58,625 bases of DNA from Myxococcota bacterium (GTDB taxonomy: Bacteria; Myxococcota_A; UBA9160; SZUA-336): positions 1 through 58,625 of the forward strand of contig JAYZEO010000082.1 in assembly GCA_036337215.1 (NCBI GenBank), read 5' to 3'. Shown in pieces: positions 47,424-57,656 of this stretch (position 1 is the stretch's first letter; each line of letters begins with the position of its first letter). The notes beneath the pieces are model-generated. The model did no database searches and was not told the DNA's origin. It saw nothing but the letters and a program-made list of their open reading frames with translations. The translations under genes were made by a program, and so were the position numbers.

Positions 47424-48432
47424 GGCGACCCAACGCCTCGATCGTCCGCACCGAAACTTCCGTCGGGATTCCAGCCAGCTGAACCCGGGCCAGGACCTCG
47501 GTCACTCCGAGTTCCGCGAGCTTGGCCAGGCGTTCGCCCACCTCGCGCTCCGAACCCACGACCGCGATCTCCAGCGCCTCTGCGGGTCCGATCTCGGCGG
47601 GCCGGGTCGGACCTTCGAACAGGGGCATACCCCAGGCGGCGTAGCGCGCGTAGACGCGCGCGAGTATGGGACCGACCGCATCCGGATCCGCGACCAACAC
47701 GTCGCGAATCACCGGAACGGTTGCCGCTCCCGGTGCGTCGGGCGAGACACAGGCCGCGTACAACGGCAGCTTTCGGGCCAGGCGAGCCGGACTCTCGAAG
47801 AACTGCGAGAGCAGCGGAAGCCCGAGGCGCGCGATCCGCCGAACTGCGCCGGGCTGCCAGCCGCCCCCGACCCAGATCGGGGGGCCGCCGGGCCGGACCG
47901 GGCGCGGCTCGGGCGTTACATCGGGGCCAACCGGAAAGTGCGTGCCCTCGGCCGGCATGCAGGCGGGCTCCTGAAACGCACCCTGCAGCAACGCCAGCGA
48001 CTCGTCGAAGCGCGCCCGGCGTGTCTCCCTCGGGACACCGAAGCCGGAAAATTCCTCCGGCCGGTAGCCCAGCCCCACGCCCAGAATCAGGCGACCGGCC
48101 GAGAGCGCGTCCAGCACCAGGGCCTCTTCTGCGACCAGCAACGGATGCTCGGCAAAGGACAACGAGAGCGTCGCAACCCCGATCGAGACCCGACGCGTTC
48201 GAGCCGCGAGCGCGGCAGCGGCGAGCAGAGGCGAAGGGCCGTGCGCCTCCTCGGTGAAGTGATTGCCATCGACCCAAACGGCATCCAGCCCACAGTCCTC
48301 CGCGCGCTCGGCGTGCGCGAGCATCTCGCCGTAGATCTCGTGCAGCGAACGCCCGGGCTCGCGCTCGAGCGGGAAGGGGCCGATCCCGATGCGCAGCCCG
48401 ACACGCCCTCCCGACTTGCTCGAGTCGCTCAC
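47380..48432 (-). CDS. LLM-class (luciferase-like) flavin-dependent oxidoreductase
   Basis: 350 aa. It contains AERAEDCGLDAVWVDGNHF, RVSIGVATLSLSFAEHPLLVAEEALVLDALSAGRLILGVGLGYRPEEF. Confidence 0.8.
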   Translation of the reverse strand: MSDSSKSGGRVGLRIGIGPFPLEREPGRSLHEIYGEMLAHAERAEDCGLDAVWVDGNHFTEEAHGPSPLLAAAALAARTRRVSIGVATLSLSFAEHPLLVAEEALVLDALSAGRLILGVGLGYRPEEFSGFGVPRETRRARFDESLALLQGAFQEPACMPAEGTHFPVGPDVTPEPRPVRPGGPPIWVGGGWQPGAVRRIARLGLPLLSQFFESPARLARKLPLYAACVSPDAPGAATVPVIRDVLVADPDAVGPILARVYARYAAWGMPLFEGPTRPAEIGPAEALEIAVVGSEREVGERLAKLAELGVTEVLARVQLAGIPTEVSVRTIEALGRLRSAAFSRAPAGAG

Positions 48433-49172
48433 GCGGGACGCGCGAGCAGCAGGAACCGCTCCCGGTTCCCCTTGGGTCCGGCGAGTACGCTTTCCGCCTC
48501 TCCTTCCACCCCGAAGCCCAGCCGCTCGGCCGCGTCCCGCACCTGCAAGACGGCGCGGTCGCGCTCTTCGGGAGCCCGGACGACTCCGCCCGAACCGACG
48601 GCGGCGCGCTCGAGCTCGAACTGAGGCTTCACCAGGACCAGCAGCTTTCCGCCAGGCCGCACCAACTCGAAGAGCCGGGGCAGGACGAGCCGAAGCGAAA
48701 TGAACGAGAGATCGGCCACCACCAGGTCGAAGGGTGCAGCACCGGGAGGCCGCTGGTAATGGCGCACGTTGGTTCGCTCGGCCACCTCGACGCGGGGATC
48801 CCGCCGTAGGCCCAGGGCCAGCTGTCCGTAGCCGACGTCCAGGGCCAGCACCCTCGCAGCTCCGGCCTGGAGCAGGCAGTCGGTGAAGCCGCCGGTAGAG
48901 GCACCCACATCCGCGCAGCGCAGCCCGGCCGGGTCCAGCTCGAATTCGCGCAATGCCCCCGCCAGCTTCTCGCCCCCGCGCGAGACATAAGGAGCGCGGC
49001 GGGACAGCGCCGGAATCGCCTCGGCCGGGATCAGGGTGCCGGGCTTGTCGATCCGTTCGGTCCCGAGCCGAACCTCTCCCGCGAGGATTCGCGCCCTCGC
49101 GCGGGAGCGCGACGCTTCCAGCCCGAGTTCCACGAGTCGCGCGTCGATTCGGACTTTTCTCGGGCGGCCCAC
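48429..49172 (-). CDS. tlyA: TlyA family rRNA (cytidine-2'-O)-methyltransferase
   Basis: The GTG at 49172 lies 4 nt after the dxs stop. The S4-like domain reads RIDARLVELGLEASRSRARARILAGEVRLG. The methyltransferase core reads CADVGASTGGFTDCLLQAGAARVLALDVG. The longer track start (49262) adds a Ser-rich extension that overlaps dxs. Confidence 0.88.
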   Translation of the reverse strand: MGRPRKVRIDARLVELGLEASRSRARARILAGEVRLGTERIDKPGTLIPAEAIPALSRRAPYVSRGGEKLAGALREFELDPAGLRCADVGASTGGFTDCLLQAGAARVLALDVGYGQLALGLRRDPRVEVAERTNVRHYQRPPGAAPFDLVVADLSFISLRLVLPRLFELVRPGGKLLVLVKPQFELERAAVGSGGVVRAPEERDRAVLQVRDAAERLGFGVEGEAESVLAGPKGNRERFLLLARPA

Positions 49173-49176
49173 ACGC

Positions 49177-51063
49177 CTAGCGGGCGAGCAACTCGCGCGC
49201 CGCGCGCTCGATGCCGCGGGCGTCGAGTCCGAGCTGCTCGAGGATTTCGGCCGGCTTTCCATGTTCGATCACACGACTCGGAACACCCAGCACACGGCAC
49301 GCGACCTGCTGGCCCCGCTCCGCCAGAGCGGCCAGGACCGCCTCCCCGAACCCGGCATCCACGCTGTGTTCCTCGACGGTCAGCAGCGCGCCGCAGCGCC
49401 GAGCGAGTTCGGCGATTCGCTCGCCGTCGATCGGCTTCACGAAGCGGGCATTCAGCACTGCGGCCTCGATCCCGGCCTCGTGTAGACGCTCCGCGGCTGC
49501 CTGCACCGGTCCGACGGCAGACCCGATCGCGATCAGCGCGATATCCGAGCCATCGCGCAGCAGCTCCGCCTCGCCGATCTTGATCGGCTTGATCTCCGCC
49601 TCGATCGGGACGCCGGGCGCAGAGCCGCGCGGGTAGCGGAGCGCCGCCGGGCCCGGATAGTCGAGCGCCGTCTGGAGCATCGAGCGAAGTTCGTTCTCGT
49701 CCCTGGGCGCCATCACCAGCATGTTCGGGAGGGTCCGAAGGTAGGCGAAATCGTAGAGGCCCTGGTGCGTCGCCCCATCTGCCCCGACCAGCCCCGCGCG
49801 ATCGAGCGCGAAGGTCACGTCCAGGTTCTGAACGCAGACGTCGTGAACCACTTGATCGTACGCGCGCTGAAGAAACGTCGAGTAGATCGCGCACACGGGT
49901 TTGAGCCCCTCGGTTGCCAGGCCCCCGGCAAACGTGACCGCGTGCTGCTCGGCGATGCCGGTGTCGTAGAAACGCTCCGGAAACACCGCCTCGAAGCGGT
50001 CGAGCCCGGTACCACCCGGCATCGCGGCCGTGATCCCGACGACCCGGTCATCACTGCGCGCGATCTGGATCAGCGCGTCCGCGAAGACCGAGGTCCAACT
50101 CGGCGCGCCTGGCTTCTGCTTGTGCATCTCGCCCGACGGGATCTCGAACGGGGTGACCCCGTGGTACTTGAGCGGGTCCCCCTGCGCGGGTTCGTAGCCG
50201 TATCCCTTGCGCGTGATGCAGTGAACCAGCACGGGCTCCTGGTGTCCTTCCATCGAGTGAACGTTGCGGAAGGTCTCGAGCAGCGCCCCCACGCTGTGCC
50301 CGTCGATCGGGCCGATGTAGTTGAAACCCAGGCCCTCGAAGAGCAGCGCCGGCGAGATGAAGGCCTTGAAGGACTGTTCCGCGCGCCGGACCAACTCGAG
50401 CAGTTCGTCGCCGGCGCGCGGAATGTGCTCGAGAAAACTGCGCACGCCGTGCTTCATGCGTCGGGCCAGCGGTGCCGACCAGCGGCGAGCGAGGTAACTC
50501 GAAAGCGCGCCGACGTTCGGTGAGATCGACATCTCGTTGTCGTTGAGCACCACGACCAGATTCGTGAGCTTGAGCCAACCCGCGTTGTTCAGGCCCTCGT
50601 AGGCCATGCCGGCCGTCAGGGCACCGTCTCCGATCACGGCAACCACGCGCTCGTCGCCGCCGCGCCGCCGGATTGCCTCTGCGATCCCGGCTCCCGCGGA
50701 GATCGAGGTCCCGGCGTGGCCCGCCCCGAACACGTCGTAGGACGACTCAGAGCGCCGCAGGAACTTCCCAACGCCACCTGCCTGGCCAATCGTCGGGAAG
50801 GCCTTGCGCCGCCCCGTGAGCAGCTTGTGCGCATACGCCTGGTGGCCCACGTCCCAGATCAACCGATCGCGGGGCGTCTCGAACACGTAGTGAAGCACCA
50901 GGGCCAGTTCGACCGCCCCGAGGCTGGCCGCGAGGTGACCGCCGGTTTGGGACACCTGCTCGACGATCTCGCTCCGGAGTGCATCCGCGACCTCCTGAAG
51001 GCGCTCCGGAGGCAACCGCCGCAGGTCGGCCGGAAAGTCGATTGAGTCGAGGAGGGAGGCCAT
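49177..51063 (-). CDS. dxs: 1-deoxy-D-xylulose-5-phosphate synthase
   Basis: 628 aa. It contains GGHLAASLGAVELALVLHYVF, WDVGHQAYAHKLLTGR and GDGALTAGMAYEGLNNAG. Confidence 0.96.
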   Translation of the reverse strand: MASLLDSIDFPADLRRLPPERLQEVADALRSEIVEQVSQTGGHLAASLGAVELALVLHYVFETPRDRLIWDVGHQAYAHKLLTGRRKAFPTIGQAGGVGKFLRRSESSYDVFGAGHAGTSISAGAGIAEAIRRRGGDERVVAVIGDGALTAGMAYEGLNNAGWLKLTNLVVVLNDNEMSISPNVGALSSYLARRWSAPLARRMKHGVRSFLEHIPRAGDELLELVRRAEQSFKAFISPALLFEGLGFNYIGPIDGHSVGALLETFRNVHSMEGHQEPVLVHCITRKGYGYEPAQGDPLKYHGVTPFEIPSGEMHKQKPGAPSWTSVFADALIQIARSDDRVVGITAAMPGGTGLDRFEAVFPERFYDTGIAEQHAVTFAGGLATEGLKPVCAIYSTFLQRAYDQVVHDVCVQNLDVTFALDRAGLVGADGATHQGLYDFAYLRTLPNMLVMAPRDENELRSMLQTALDYPGPAALRYPRGSAPGVPIEAEIKPIKIGEAELLRDGSDIALIAIGSAVGPVQAAAERLHEAGIEAAVLNARFVKPIDGERIAELARRCGALLTVEEHSVDAGFGEAVLAALAERGQQVACRVLGVPSRVIEHGKPAEILEQLGLDARGIERAARELLAR

Positions 51064-51072
51064 GACTTCGGC

Positions 51073-51900
51073 CTACGGTAACCGTCCGGACAGGTGATCG
51101 GCTAGGCCCGCCAGCCAGCGGCCCCGCGCACCCAGCGGAGACAGCGCTTCGAGCGCCCGATCGAGGTGGCCCCGCGCGCGTTCCGCCGCCGCTTCGGGCG
51201 AGATCACGCTCAGTACCGAGCACTCTTCCCGTGCTGCGTCGACGCGCGTCTCGCCCAGGTCGTCCAGCAACTGGAAGGCCAGCCCGTACTCTCCCGCAAA
51301 GCTCCCGAGGGCCTGCCGCAGCGGCTCCGGGGCCCCCAGCAGGCGCGCCGCGCCCAGGACCGAAAACCCGAGCAACGCTCCCGTCTTACGTCGGTGAATC
51401 GAGGTGATGCGTTCGAGCGTCGCGGACTCGCTTCGGAATCCGAGATCGTCTTCCTGACCGCCGACCAGCCCCTCCGACCCGGCCGCGTACGCCAACATCG
51501 TAATCAACTCGGCCGCCTCCCCGGCGCGCGCGAGCAGACCAAAGGCCAAGGCCTGGAGCGCGTCGCCGACGAGGATGGCGGTCGCCTCTCCGTACCGGAC
51601 GTGAACCGTCGGGCGGCCGCGCCGCTCCAGGTCGTTGTCCATCGAGGGAAGGTCATCGTGCACGAGTGAGTACGCGTGAACCAACTCTGCGGCACCCGCG
51701 ACCGGGAACACGCGCTCGGACTCTGCTCCACAGGCACGTGCCGCGGCGAAGGCCAGCGCCGGACGCAGCCGCTTTCCGCCCCCGAACACCGCGTAGCGCA
51801 TTGCCGCGTGGAGTCGGACCGGAGGCTCCGACTCGGGCGGCAGTACCGCCCCGAGGTAACCGTCGATCTGCTCGCGGGAGGCGGAGAGAAAGGGCTCCAT
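51073..51900 (-). CDS. ispA: Farnesyl diphosphate synthase (polyprenyl synthetase)
   Basis: The ATG at 51900 opens the gene. The first DDxxD is LVHDDLPSMDNDLERRGRPT and the second is FQLLDDLGE. The conserved xseB-ispA-dxs gene order is present. Confidence 0.9.
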   Translation of the reverse strand: MEPFLSASREQIDGYLGAVLPPESEPPVRLHAAMRYAVFGGGKRLRPALAFAAARACGAESERVFPVAGAAELVHAYSLVHDDLPSMDNDLERRGRPTVHVRYGEATAILVGDALQALAFGLLARAGEAAELITMLAYAAGSEGLVGGQEDDLGFRSESATLERITSIHRRKTGALLGFSVLGAARLLGAPEPLRQALGSFAGEYGLAFQLLDDLGETRVDAAREECSVLSVISPEAAAERARGHLDRALEALSPLGARGRWLAGLADHLSGRLP

Positions 51901-51937
51901 CAGGCGGCGCGCGGGCCCCCGGAACAGAGCGCGCGCC

Positions 51938-52228
51938 TCACTCCTCCACCTCGGGCTCCGGCTCGGCCATTTCGAACTCCGGGTCACCGGTGCCAGCTAC
52001 TTCCTGCTCGAGTTGCGTGATCCGAAGCTCCGCGGACCGCAGGCGTCCAGAGCAGATCCGAGCCAGGCGCACCCCCTCTTCGAAGGCGCGCAGCGACTCC
52101 TCCAGACTCAGGTCTCCTTCCTCGAGACGGACCACGAGCGACTCGAGAGACTCGAGCGACGCCTCGAAATCGGGCTCGTCCGAGATCTCTTCGAAACCGG
52201 GATCCTCGGATTCGCCAACTCGGCTCAT
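51938..52228 (-). CDS. xseB: Exodeoxyribonuclease VII small subunit
   Basis: 96 aa. It contains FEASLESLESLVVRLEEGDLSLEESLRAFEEGVRLARICSGRL. The start sits in a 4-nt overlap with the xseA stop. Confidence 0.92.
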   Translation of the reverse strand: MSRVGESEDPGFEEISDEPDFEASLESLESLVVRLEEGDLSLEESLRAFEEGVRLARICSGRLRSAELRITQLEQEVAGTGDPEFEMAEPEPEVEE

Positions 52229-53454
52229 GCGACCTCCATCCGTCCTTGTACGGTGGCACGCAGAGCCCCGTTCGCCAATCGCACTCGGATCCCATCGCCC
52301 TCGTCCACCTCGCTGTGCGCGCGAACGATCCGTCCGTCCGAATCTCGACGCACGATGCTGTAGCCACGGCCGAGCACCGCGAGCGGAGAGAGCGCATTGA
52401 GGCGCCCTCCGAGCGTTTCGAGCCGCGCAGCGAAGGCCGAGCGCGTACTGCGGAGCGCGAACCCGAGCCGTCGCTGGGTGGTCTCGAGCCGGCGCGCCGA
52501 TGCCTCGAGCCGCTGGGCGGGATGCACCAGTCCGCGTTCGAGGGCCTGAACGCGGTGTCCGAACTCGCGCATCCGCGCGCGCGTGAGCCCCCGGATCCGT
52601 TGCTCGAGGCCCGACACGGTCCGGAGGAGTTCGCGCCCGTCGGGCGCCACCAGCGCCGCCGCGGCGGTGGGCGTCGGGGCGCGGACGTCCGCGACCAGGT
52701 CGCTCAGGACCAGGTCCGTCTCGTGGCCCACGGCGGAGACCACCGGAGTCTCTAGTTCGAAAATCGCGCGCACCAGTTCGGGTCGGTTGAAGTTCCAGAG
52801 GTCCTCGAGCGAGCCTCCGCCTCGGCAGAGTACGATCGCATCCGGTTGCGCCCGCGCGTCCAGAAGATGCAGACCGCGGACCAGTTCTCGCCAGGCGCCC
52901 TGGCCCTGTACGCGCGCGTCGCAGACCACGACCTCGAGGGGAACCTCGCGCTGGCGCAGCCCTCGCACGAGGTCGTGCAGCGCGGCGCCTTGGAGCGAGG
53001 TCACCACCCCGATGCGGCGCGGGAGAAAGGGCAGTGGCCGCTTGTGGGCGGAATCGAAGAGGCCCTCGTCGTAGAGACGCCTGCGCATCTGTTCGAACGC
53101 CTGACGGAGCGCGCCCGCTCCGCAGGGCGTGAGTTCTTCGATCACCAGTTGCAGAGAACCGCGCTCCACAAACACGTCGACGCGGGCGAGCACGCGCACC
53201 TGCATCCCCTCCTCGGGGTCTACCTCGACACGCGCGACCGCCGAGCGGAACATGGCGCAGCGAAGCATCGCGTCGGCATCCTTGAGGTCGAAGTAGAGGT
53301 GCCCGGCACCGGACCGGTGCAGCGAGCCGATCTCGCCCTCGACCCAGAGCGTGCCGAACTGCCGGGCGAGGCCATCGCGAACCCGGGCCACCAGTTCAGA
53401 GATCGGAACCGCGTTCGCGGCATCGGCCGCGGCGAGGTCGAGCGGCTCGCTCAC
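52225..53454 (-). CDS. xseA: Exodeoxyribonuclease VII large subunit
   Basis: 409 aa. It contains WVEGEIGSLHRSGAGHLYFDLKD, IGVVTSLQGAALHD and VVSAVGHETD. Confidence 0.93.
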   Translation of the reverse strand: MSEPLDLAAADAANAVPISELVARVRDGLARQFGTLWVEGEIGSLHRSGAGHLYFDLKDADAMLRCAMFRSAVARVEVDPEEGMQVRVLARVDVFVERGSLQLVIEELTPCGAGALRQAFEQMRRRLYDEGLFDSAHKRPLPFLPRRIGVVTSLQGAALHDLVRGLRQREVPLEVVVCDARVQGQGAWRELVRGLHLLDARAQPDAIVLCRGGGSLEDLWNFNRPELVRAIFELETPVVSAVGHETDLVLSDLVADVRAPTPTAAAALVAPDGRELLRTVSGLEQRIRGLTRARMREFGHRVQALERGLVHPAQRLEASARRLETTQRRLGFALRSTRSAFAARLETLGGRLNALSPLAVLGRGYSIVRRDSDGRIVRAHSEVDEGDGIRVRLANGALRATVQGRMEVA

Positions 53455-53464
53455 TGCTCGAGTC

Positions 53465-54826
53465 TCAGGACGCGCTGCCGGTATCGAGGTTCGAGAAGAT
53501 CCGCCAGCTCTTCAGCAGATCGATGGCCCGCGCCAGCTGCCGGTCGCGCTCGAGTTGTTTCTGGAAGTCGCCGCTCTCGGCATCCTCGGGCTCCTCAGCC
53601 TCCTCAGCCTCCTCGGCCTCGGTCGCGTCTCCGGGAAGATGACCGCGCAGGTCCTCCTCTCCGAGCCTGCGTCCGCGCTCCTGCTTTTCGATCGCGGCAA
53701 GCTCTTCCTCCGAGTAGGGCTCGACGTCGACGTCGGGCTGGATTCGAACCTCCTGAATCGTCCGGCCGCTCGGCAGATAGTAGAGCGCGGTGGTCAGCCG
53801 CAGACCGGAGCCGTCGTCGAGCGGGATGATGGTCTGGACCGAGCCCTTGCCGAAGGTCTCGGTGCCGAGCAGCAGCCCCCGGTGGTGGTCCTGGAGTGCG
53901 CCGGCCACGATCTCCGACGCGCTCGCGCTCCCGCCGTTCACGAGTACGACGATCGGGTAGCCGGGTTGCGTCCCGAGGTCCTTCGCGGCCCATTCGTTGC
54001 GGCTGTCTCCTCCGCGTCCCTCTGCAAACACGATCAGCCCGTCGTCGAGGAACAGGTCAGCCACGTCGACCGCTTGATCCAACAGTCCGCCCGGGTTGTC
54101 CCGCAGGTCCAGCACCAGACCTCGAATCGGAGCCGCCTTCTGCGCCTCGCTGAGCGCTTCCTCGAGTTCCTTCGCGCTGTTCTCTTGGAACTGGCTCAGG
54201 CGAATGTAGGGAAGCCCCGGCTCGACCAGCTCCAGCGTCACGCTCGACACGCGAATCGAGGCACGCTTGATCACGAAGGGACGAGGCACCTCCCAGCCGT
54301 CGCGCATGATCTGAATCATGACTTCGGTTCCGCGGGGACCGCGCATCAGCCTCACGGCTTCGAGCAAGTTCATGTCCTCGGTCGTCTGGCAGGACTCCGC
54401 GGTGGCATCGGGACAGACCGCAACGATTTCGTCGAGGGCCCGGATCCCGGCTCGCGAGGCGGGAGTTCCATCGATCGGGGCGACGACGGTCACGAAGCCG
54501 TTCCGCTCTCGCTTCGAGATCTCGATCCCGAGCCCCTCGAACTCCCCCTTCGTGTCGAGCTGAATCTCCCGGTAGAGATCGGTCGAAAGGTAGGACGAGT
54601 GCGGGTCCAGAACGCCGAGCATGCCCTCGAGCGCACCCTCGATCAGTTCGTGCTGCTCGACCTCCTCTACGTAGTACTGATCGACCAGATGCAGCACGTT
54701 CGTCAGGAGCGCGAGCTCCTGGTAGTTCGGGCTCGCGACGCTGGGGAGCCGGACCAGCGTCGCCAGCAGCGCGAATGCGGTCAACGCGCCCAGAAGAAAG
54801 GTCAGAATGAGTCGCGCCCTGTTCAT
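53465..54826 (-). CDS. ctpA: S41 family carboxy-terminal processing peptidase
   Basis: The ATG at 54826 sits in an ATGA overlap with the envC-like stop. It has a TM anchor, a PDZ region (VVAPIDGTPASRAGI) and a catalytic region (LVLDLRDNPGGLL, VLVNGGSASASEIVAGAL, TFGKGSVQ). Confidence 0.9.
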   Translation of the reverse strand: MNRARLILTFLLGALTAFALLATLVRLPSVASPNYQELALLTNVLHLVDQYYVEEVEQHELIEGALEGMLGVLDPHSSYLSTDLYREIQLDTKGEFEGLGIEISKRERNGFVTVVAPIDGTPASRAGIRALDEIVAVCPDATAESCQTTEDMNLLEAVRLMRGPRGTEVMIQIMRDGWEVPRPFVIKRASIRVSSVTLELVEPGLPYIRLSQFQENSAKELEEALSEAQKAAPIRGLVLDLRDNPGGLLDQAVDVADLFLDDGLIVFAEGRGGDSRNEWAAKDLGTQPGYPIVVLVNGGSASASEIVAGALQDHHRGLLLGTETFGKGSVQTIIPLDDGSGLRLTTALYYLPSGRTIQEVRIQPDVDVEPYSEEELAAIEKQERGRRLGEEDLRGHLPGDATEAEEAEEAEEPEDAESGDFQKQLERDRQLARAIDLLKSWRIFSNLDTGSAS

Positions 54827-55971
54827 CACATGCGTCCTCTCGGCTTCGATCCTAGCCACGTTTCGGGGTCGACCGGCGCCCCCCCGCTGCGAATCTCGAA
54901 GTAGAGACCCGGCCCGGACAGCGAACCCGTCTCGCCGACGGTTCCGATCACGGCCCCGGTAGCCACCCCGTCCCCCGCCTTCACGAGGGAGTCTTCAAGG
55001 TAGCCGGAGACCGTCACGCTTTCCGCGCCGTGGTCCAATATGACGATTCGACCGTAGCCCTTGAACCAGCCCGCATACAAGACGCGGCCGGGCGCAACGG
55101 CCCGGACCGGCGCCCCCAGCGGCGCCGAGATCTCGATTCCGTTGCGGACGATCTCCGTCCCGAACTCCGGGTCGACCTGATGGCCGAAAGAGAGCCTCAC
55201 CCGGCCCTCGACCGGAGGCGCCAACGTGCCCGCCGCCAGTCCCTGGCCCCCGGTCGGCGGTTCGAAGCGTCTGGGAAGCACCGCCAGCGCCGCTTCCAAT
55301 CTGCCCGCGGCCTCGCGCAACTCCGCGGCCAACCGCTCCTCGCGATCGGCTCGCGAGCGAAGCAGCGCCACCGCGTTGCGCCGCTCGACGAGCTGGGCGC
55401 GAATTCGTTCCTCGCGAAGCAGCAGCTCTTCGCTCGCGACTTCGAGTTGCTCGACGAGGGCCGCCGCGCGGTCGCGCTGGGCCAGCCAGTCGGCGCGCGC
55501 CCCGCGATGCAGGGCGAACAGGCGCGCGTCGGCGCCGAGGATCCGACGCAGCCCGTCCTCGCGCCGCATCACGCTTTGAAAATCGGCAGCAGCAAAGAGC
55601 CCCCCGACACCGCGGACCGCTGACCAGCGATGCAGAGCCAGCAGGCGCGACTCGAGCGCGGCCTGTGTCGAGGCCGCCCTCTTCTCAGACTCGGCCGCCC
55701 GCTTGCGGAGTTCTCGAAGCTCGACCTGACCCTGCCGGTGGCGCTGGCCGAGCGCAAAGACGCCCCTGCGGGAGGCGGAGAGTTCGCGATCGATCCCCTC
55801 GAGCTGACCCAGAAGCCCGCTCGCCTCGATACGGAATTCCCGAGCCTGTAGCTCGCTTTCCGCTATTTCCTTCCGAAGCTTCTCGAGCCTGGCGAGGTCC
55901 GCATCGGCGGCGCCGGGCAGGAACGCCAGCAGTCCTGCCAGCACGACCACGAGCCGGGCTCCGCCGCTCAA
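54826..55971 (-). CDS. envC: Murein hydrolase activator EnvC-like (coiled coil plus M23/LytM domain)
   Basis: The TTG at 55971 sits in a TTGA overlap with the ftsX stop. It has a signal segment and a long coiled coil. The C-terminal LytM domain reads GIEISAPLGAPVRAVAPGRVLYAGWFKGYGRIVILDHG ... GLYFEIR. It lies directly after ftsEX. Confidence 0.85.
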   Translation of the reverse strand: MSGGARLVVVLAGLLAFLPGAADADLARLEKLRKEIAESELQAREFRIEASGLLGQLEGIDRELSASRRGVFALGQRHRQGQVELRELRKRAAESEKRAASTQAALESRLLALHRWSAVRGVGGLFAAADFQSVMRREDGLRRILGADARLFALHRGARADWLAQRDRAAALVEQLEVASEELLLREERIRAQLVERRNAVALLRSRADREERLAAELREAAGRLEAALAVLPRRFEPPTGGQGLAAGTLAPPVEGRVRLSFGHQVDPEFGTEIVRNGIEISAPLGAPVRAVAPGRVLYAGWFKGYGRIVILDHGAESVTVSGYLEDSLVKAGDGVATGAVIGTVGETGSLSGPGLYFEIRSGGAPVDPETWLGSKPRGRM

Positions 55972-56891
55972 GAGGACTCCTCGAGCCGGACCAGCGAGAG
56001 CAGCGCCCCCACCAGCCCGAGGGCGACTCCCAACGCGAGCAGCAGCCCGATCTCGCCGGGCCCGAAGAAGACCGGGTCGCGCGGCCCCAGTACGAGAGCA
56101 AGCGGCGCCCGCAGCAGGGGAACTCCGACTTGAAACATCCCCCAGAGCACGGCAAGGGCGAGCCCGGCGGCCGCTGCCCCCTGCAGGCCTCCCTCGAGGC
56201 AGAACGGCACGCGCACGAACCACCCGTCGGCTCCGACGAGGCGCTGAATCTGGATCTCGTGCTCGCGTGCGTGGACGGCCAGTCGGACCGTACCCGCCAC
56301 GATCGCGCAGAGCACGATCAGGAGCAGCGCACCGAGTCCCAGGCCAACCCCGTCGACGGCGCGTAGAACCCGGGCGTAGCCCTCGGCCCAGTCCTCGCCA
56401 TAACGCACCTCGGCGATCGCGGACTCTCCGTCGAGCCGGGCTGCGACGACCGACAGCTCTTCGGGCGCGCGGTTGCCGGGATGGAGGCGAACTTCGAAGG
56501 AACCTGGGAGCGGATTGCGCTCCAACGAATCCAGCACCGCAGCCTCGCGGCCGAGGTCCGCTCGCAACCGTTCGAGTGCCGCGTCCGGCGCTACGTAGAC
56601 GACCTCGGCAACCGCGGCGTCGGCCTCGAGTCGCTCCCGGAGCCGGTCGAGTTCCGGCGGGGCCGGCGCGGCACCGGGCTCCAGAAACGCGACCAGGCGC
56701 AGATCCCGGCCGAAGTGCTCGAGCACAGCATGCATATTGACCGCCAGCAGCAGGTATGCGGCGATCAACACGAGACCGGCCGACATCGTCCCCACGGATG
56801 CCACGAACACCAGAGGCGCGCCGCAAACGCCGCGCACCCCGAAGCGCAGCGCCGACAGCAGGCGCCGCCAGAGTTTGCCCCGGCCCGTCAC
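55968..56891 (-). CDS. ftsX: Cell division permease-like protein FtsX
   Basis: 307 aa. The GTG start sits in a GTGA overlap with the ftsE stop. It has four TM segments with a periplasmic loop, and contains EIQIQRLVGA. Confidence 0.9.
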   Translation of the reverse strand: MTGRGKLWRRLLSALRFGVRGVCGAPLVFVASVGTMSAGLVLIAAYLLLAVNMHAVLEHFGRDLRLVAFLEPGAAPAPPELDRLRERLEADAAVAEVVYVAPDAALERLRADLGREAAVLDSLERNPLPGSFEVRLHPGNRAPEELSVVAARLDGESAIAEVRYGEDWAEGYARVLRAVDGVGLGLGALLLIVLCAIVAGTVRLAVHAREHEIQIQRLVGADGWFVRVPFCLEGGLQGAAAAGLALAVLWGMFQVGVPLLRAPLALVLGPRDPVFFGPGEIGLLLALGVALGLVGALLSLVRLEESS

Positions 56892-57598
56892 CGGAGCGGT
56901 GAACCCGCCCGGCGGAGCTGACCCCGCTGGGTGTCCGGGTACCCGTCTTCGAGCAGCCGGCCTTTCTCGAGCACCGCGCGTCGGTGCCGATAGCGATCCA
57001 GCAGACCGGGGTCGTGCGTCGCGACCAGGACCGTCGTCCCGCGCGCGTGGGCGTCTGCGATGATGTCCATGATGTCGAGCGCCAGATCCGGATCGAGATT
57101 TCCGGTCGGCTCGTCGGCGAGCAGAATCAGCGGCTCGTGGACCAGCGCTCGCGCGATCGCGACCCGCTGTTGCTCTCCGCCCGACAGTGCGCGCGGAAGA
57201 TCGTCCATCCGGTGCCCCAGGCCGAGTCGCTTGAGCATGCTCCAGACACGAACGCGGGCTTCCCGCTTGGTCTCACCCGCGATCTCGAGGCCGATCGCCA
57301 CGTTCTCGAAGACGCTCCGCTCGGCCAGTAGTTTGAAGTCCTGAAAGATTACCCCGATCTCTCGGCGAAGCGAGGCCACGCTCCCGCGCGACAAACGCGA
57401 GAGGTTGCGCCCGGCAACCAGGATCTGGCCCGAGGTCGGACGCTCGGCCCCGAACAGCAACCGCAGCAGCGTCGTCTTTCCCGCACCACTCGGCCCGGTC
57501 AGAAACGCGAATTCACCCCGGTCGAGCGTGAGGGAAACGTCCGAGAGGCCGTAGGTCCCCCCCGGAAACTGCTTGTTGACGTGATACATCTGGATCAT
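56888..57598 (-). CDS. ftsE: Cell division ATP-binding protein FtsE
   Basis: 236 aa. It contains MIQMYHVNKQF. Walker A is GPSGAGKTT, the signature is LSGGEQQR and Walker B is ILLADEPTGNLD. Confidence 0.95.
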   Translation of the reverse strand: MIQMYHVNKQFPGGTYGLSDVSLTLDRGEFAFLTGPSGAGKTTLLRLLFGAERPTSGQILVAGRNLSRLSRGSVASLRREIGVIFQDFKLLAERSVFENVAIGLEIAGETKREARVRVWSMLKRLGLGHRMDDLPRALSGGEQQRVAIARALVHEPLILLADEPTGNLDPDLALDIMDIIADAHARGTTVLVATHDPGLLDRYRHRRAVLEKGRLLEDGYPDTQRGQLRRAGSPLR

Positions 57599-57656
57599 GG
57601 ACGAAGCTTTCCGAGCACGCGGGGGGAAGCAGTCGCTTGTTTTCTACAGGAAATCG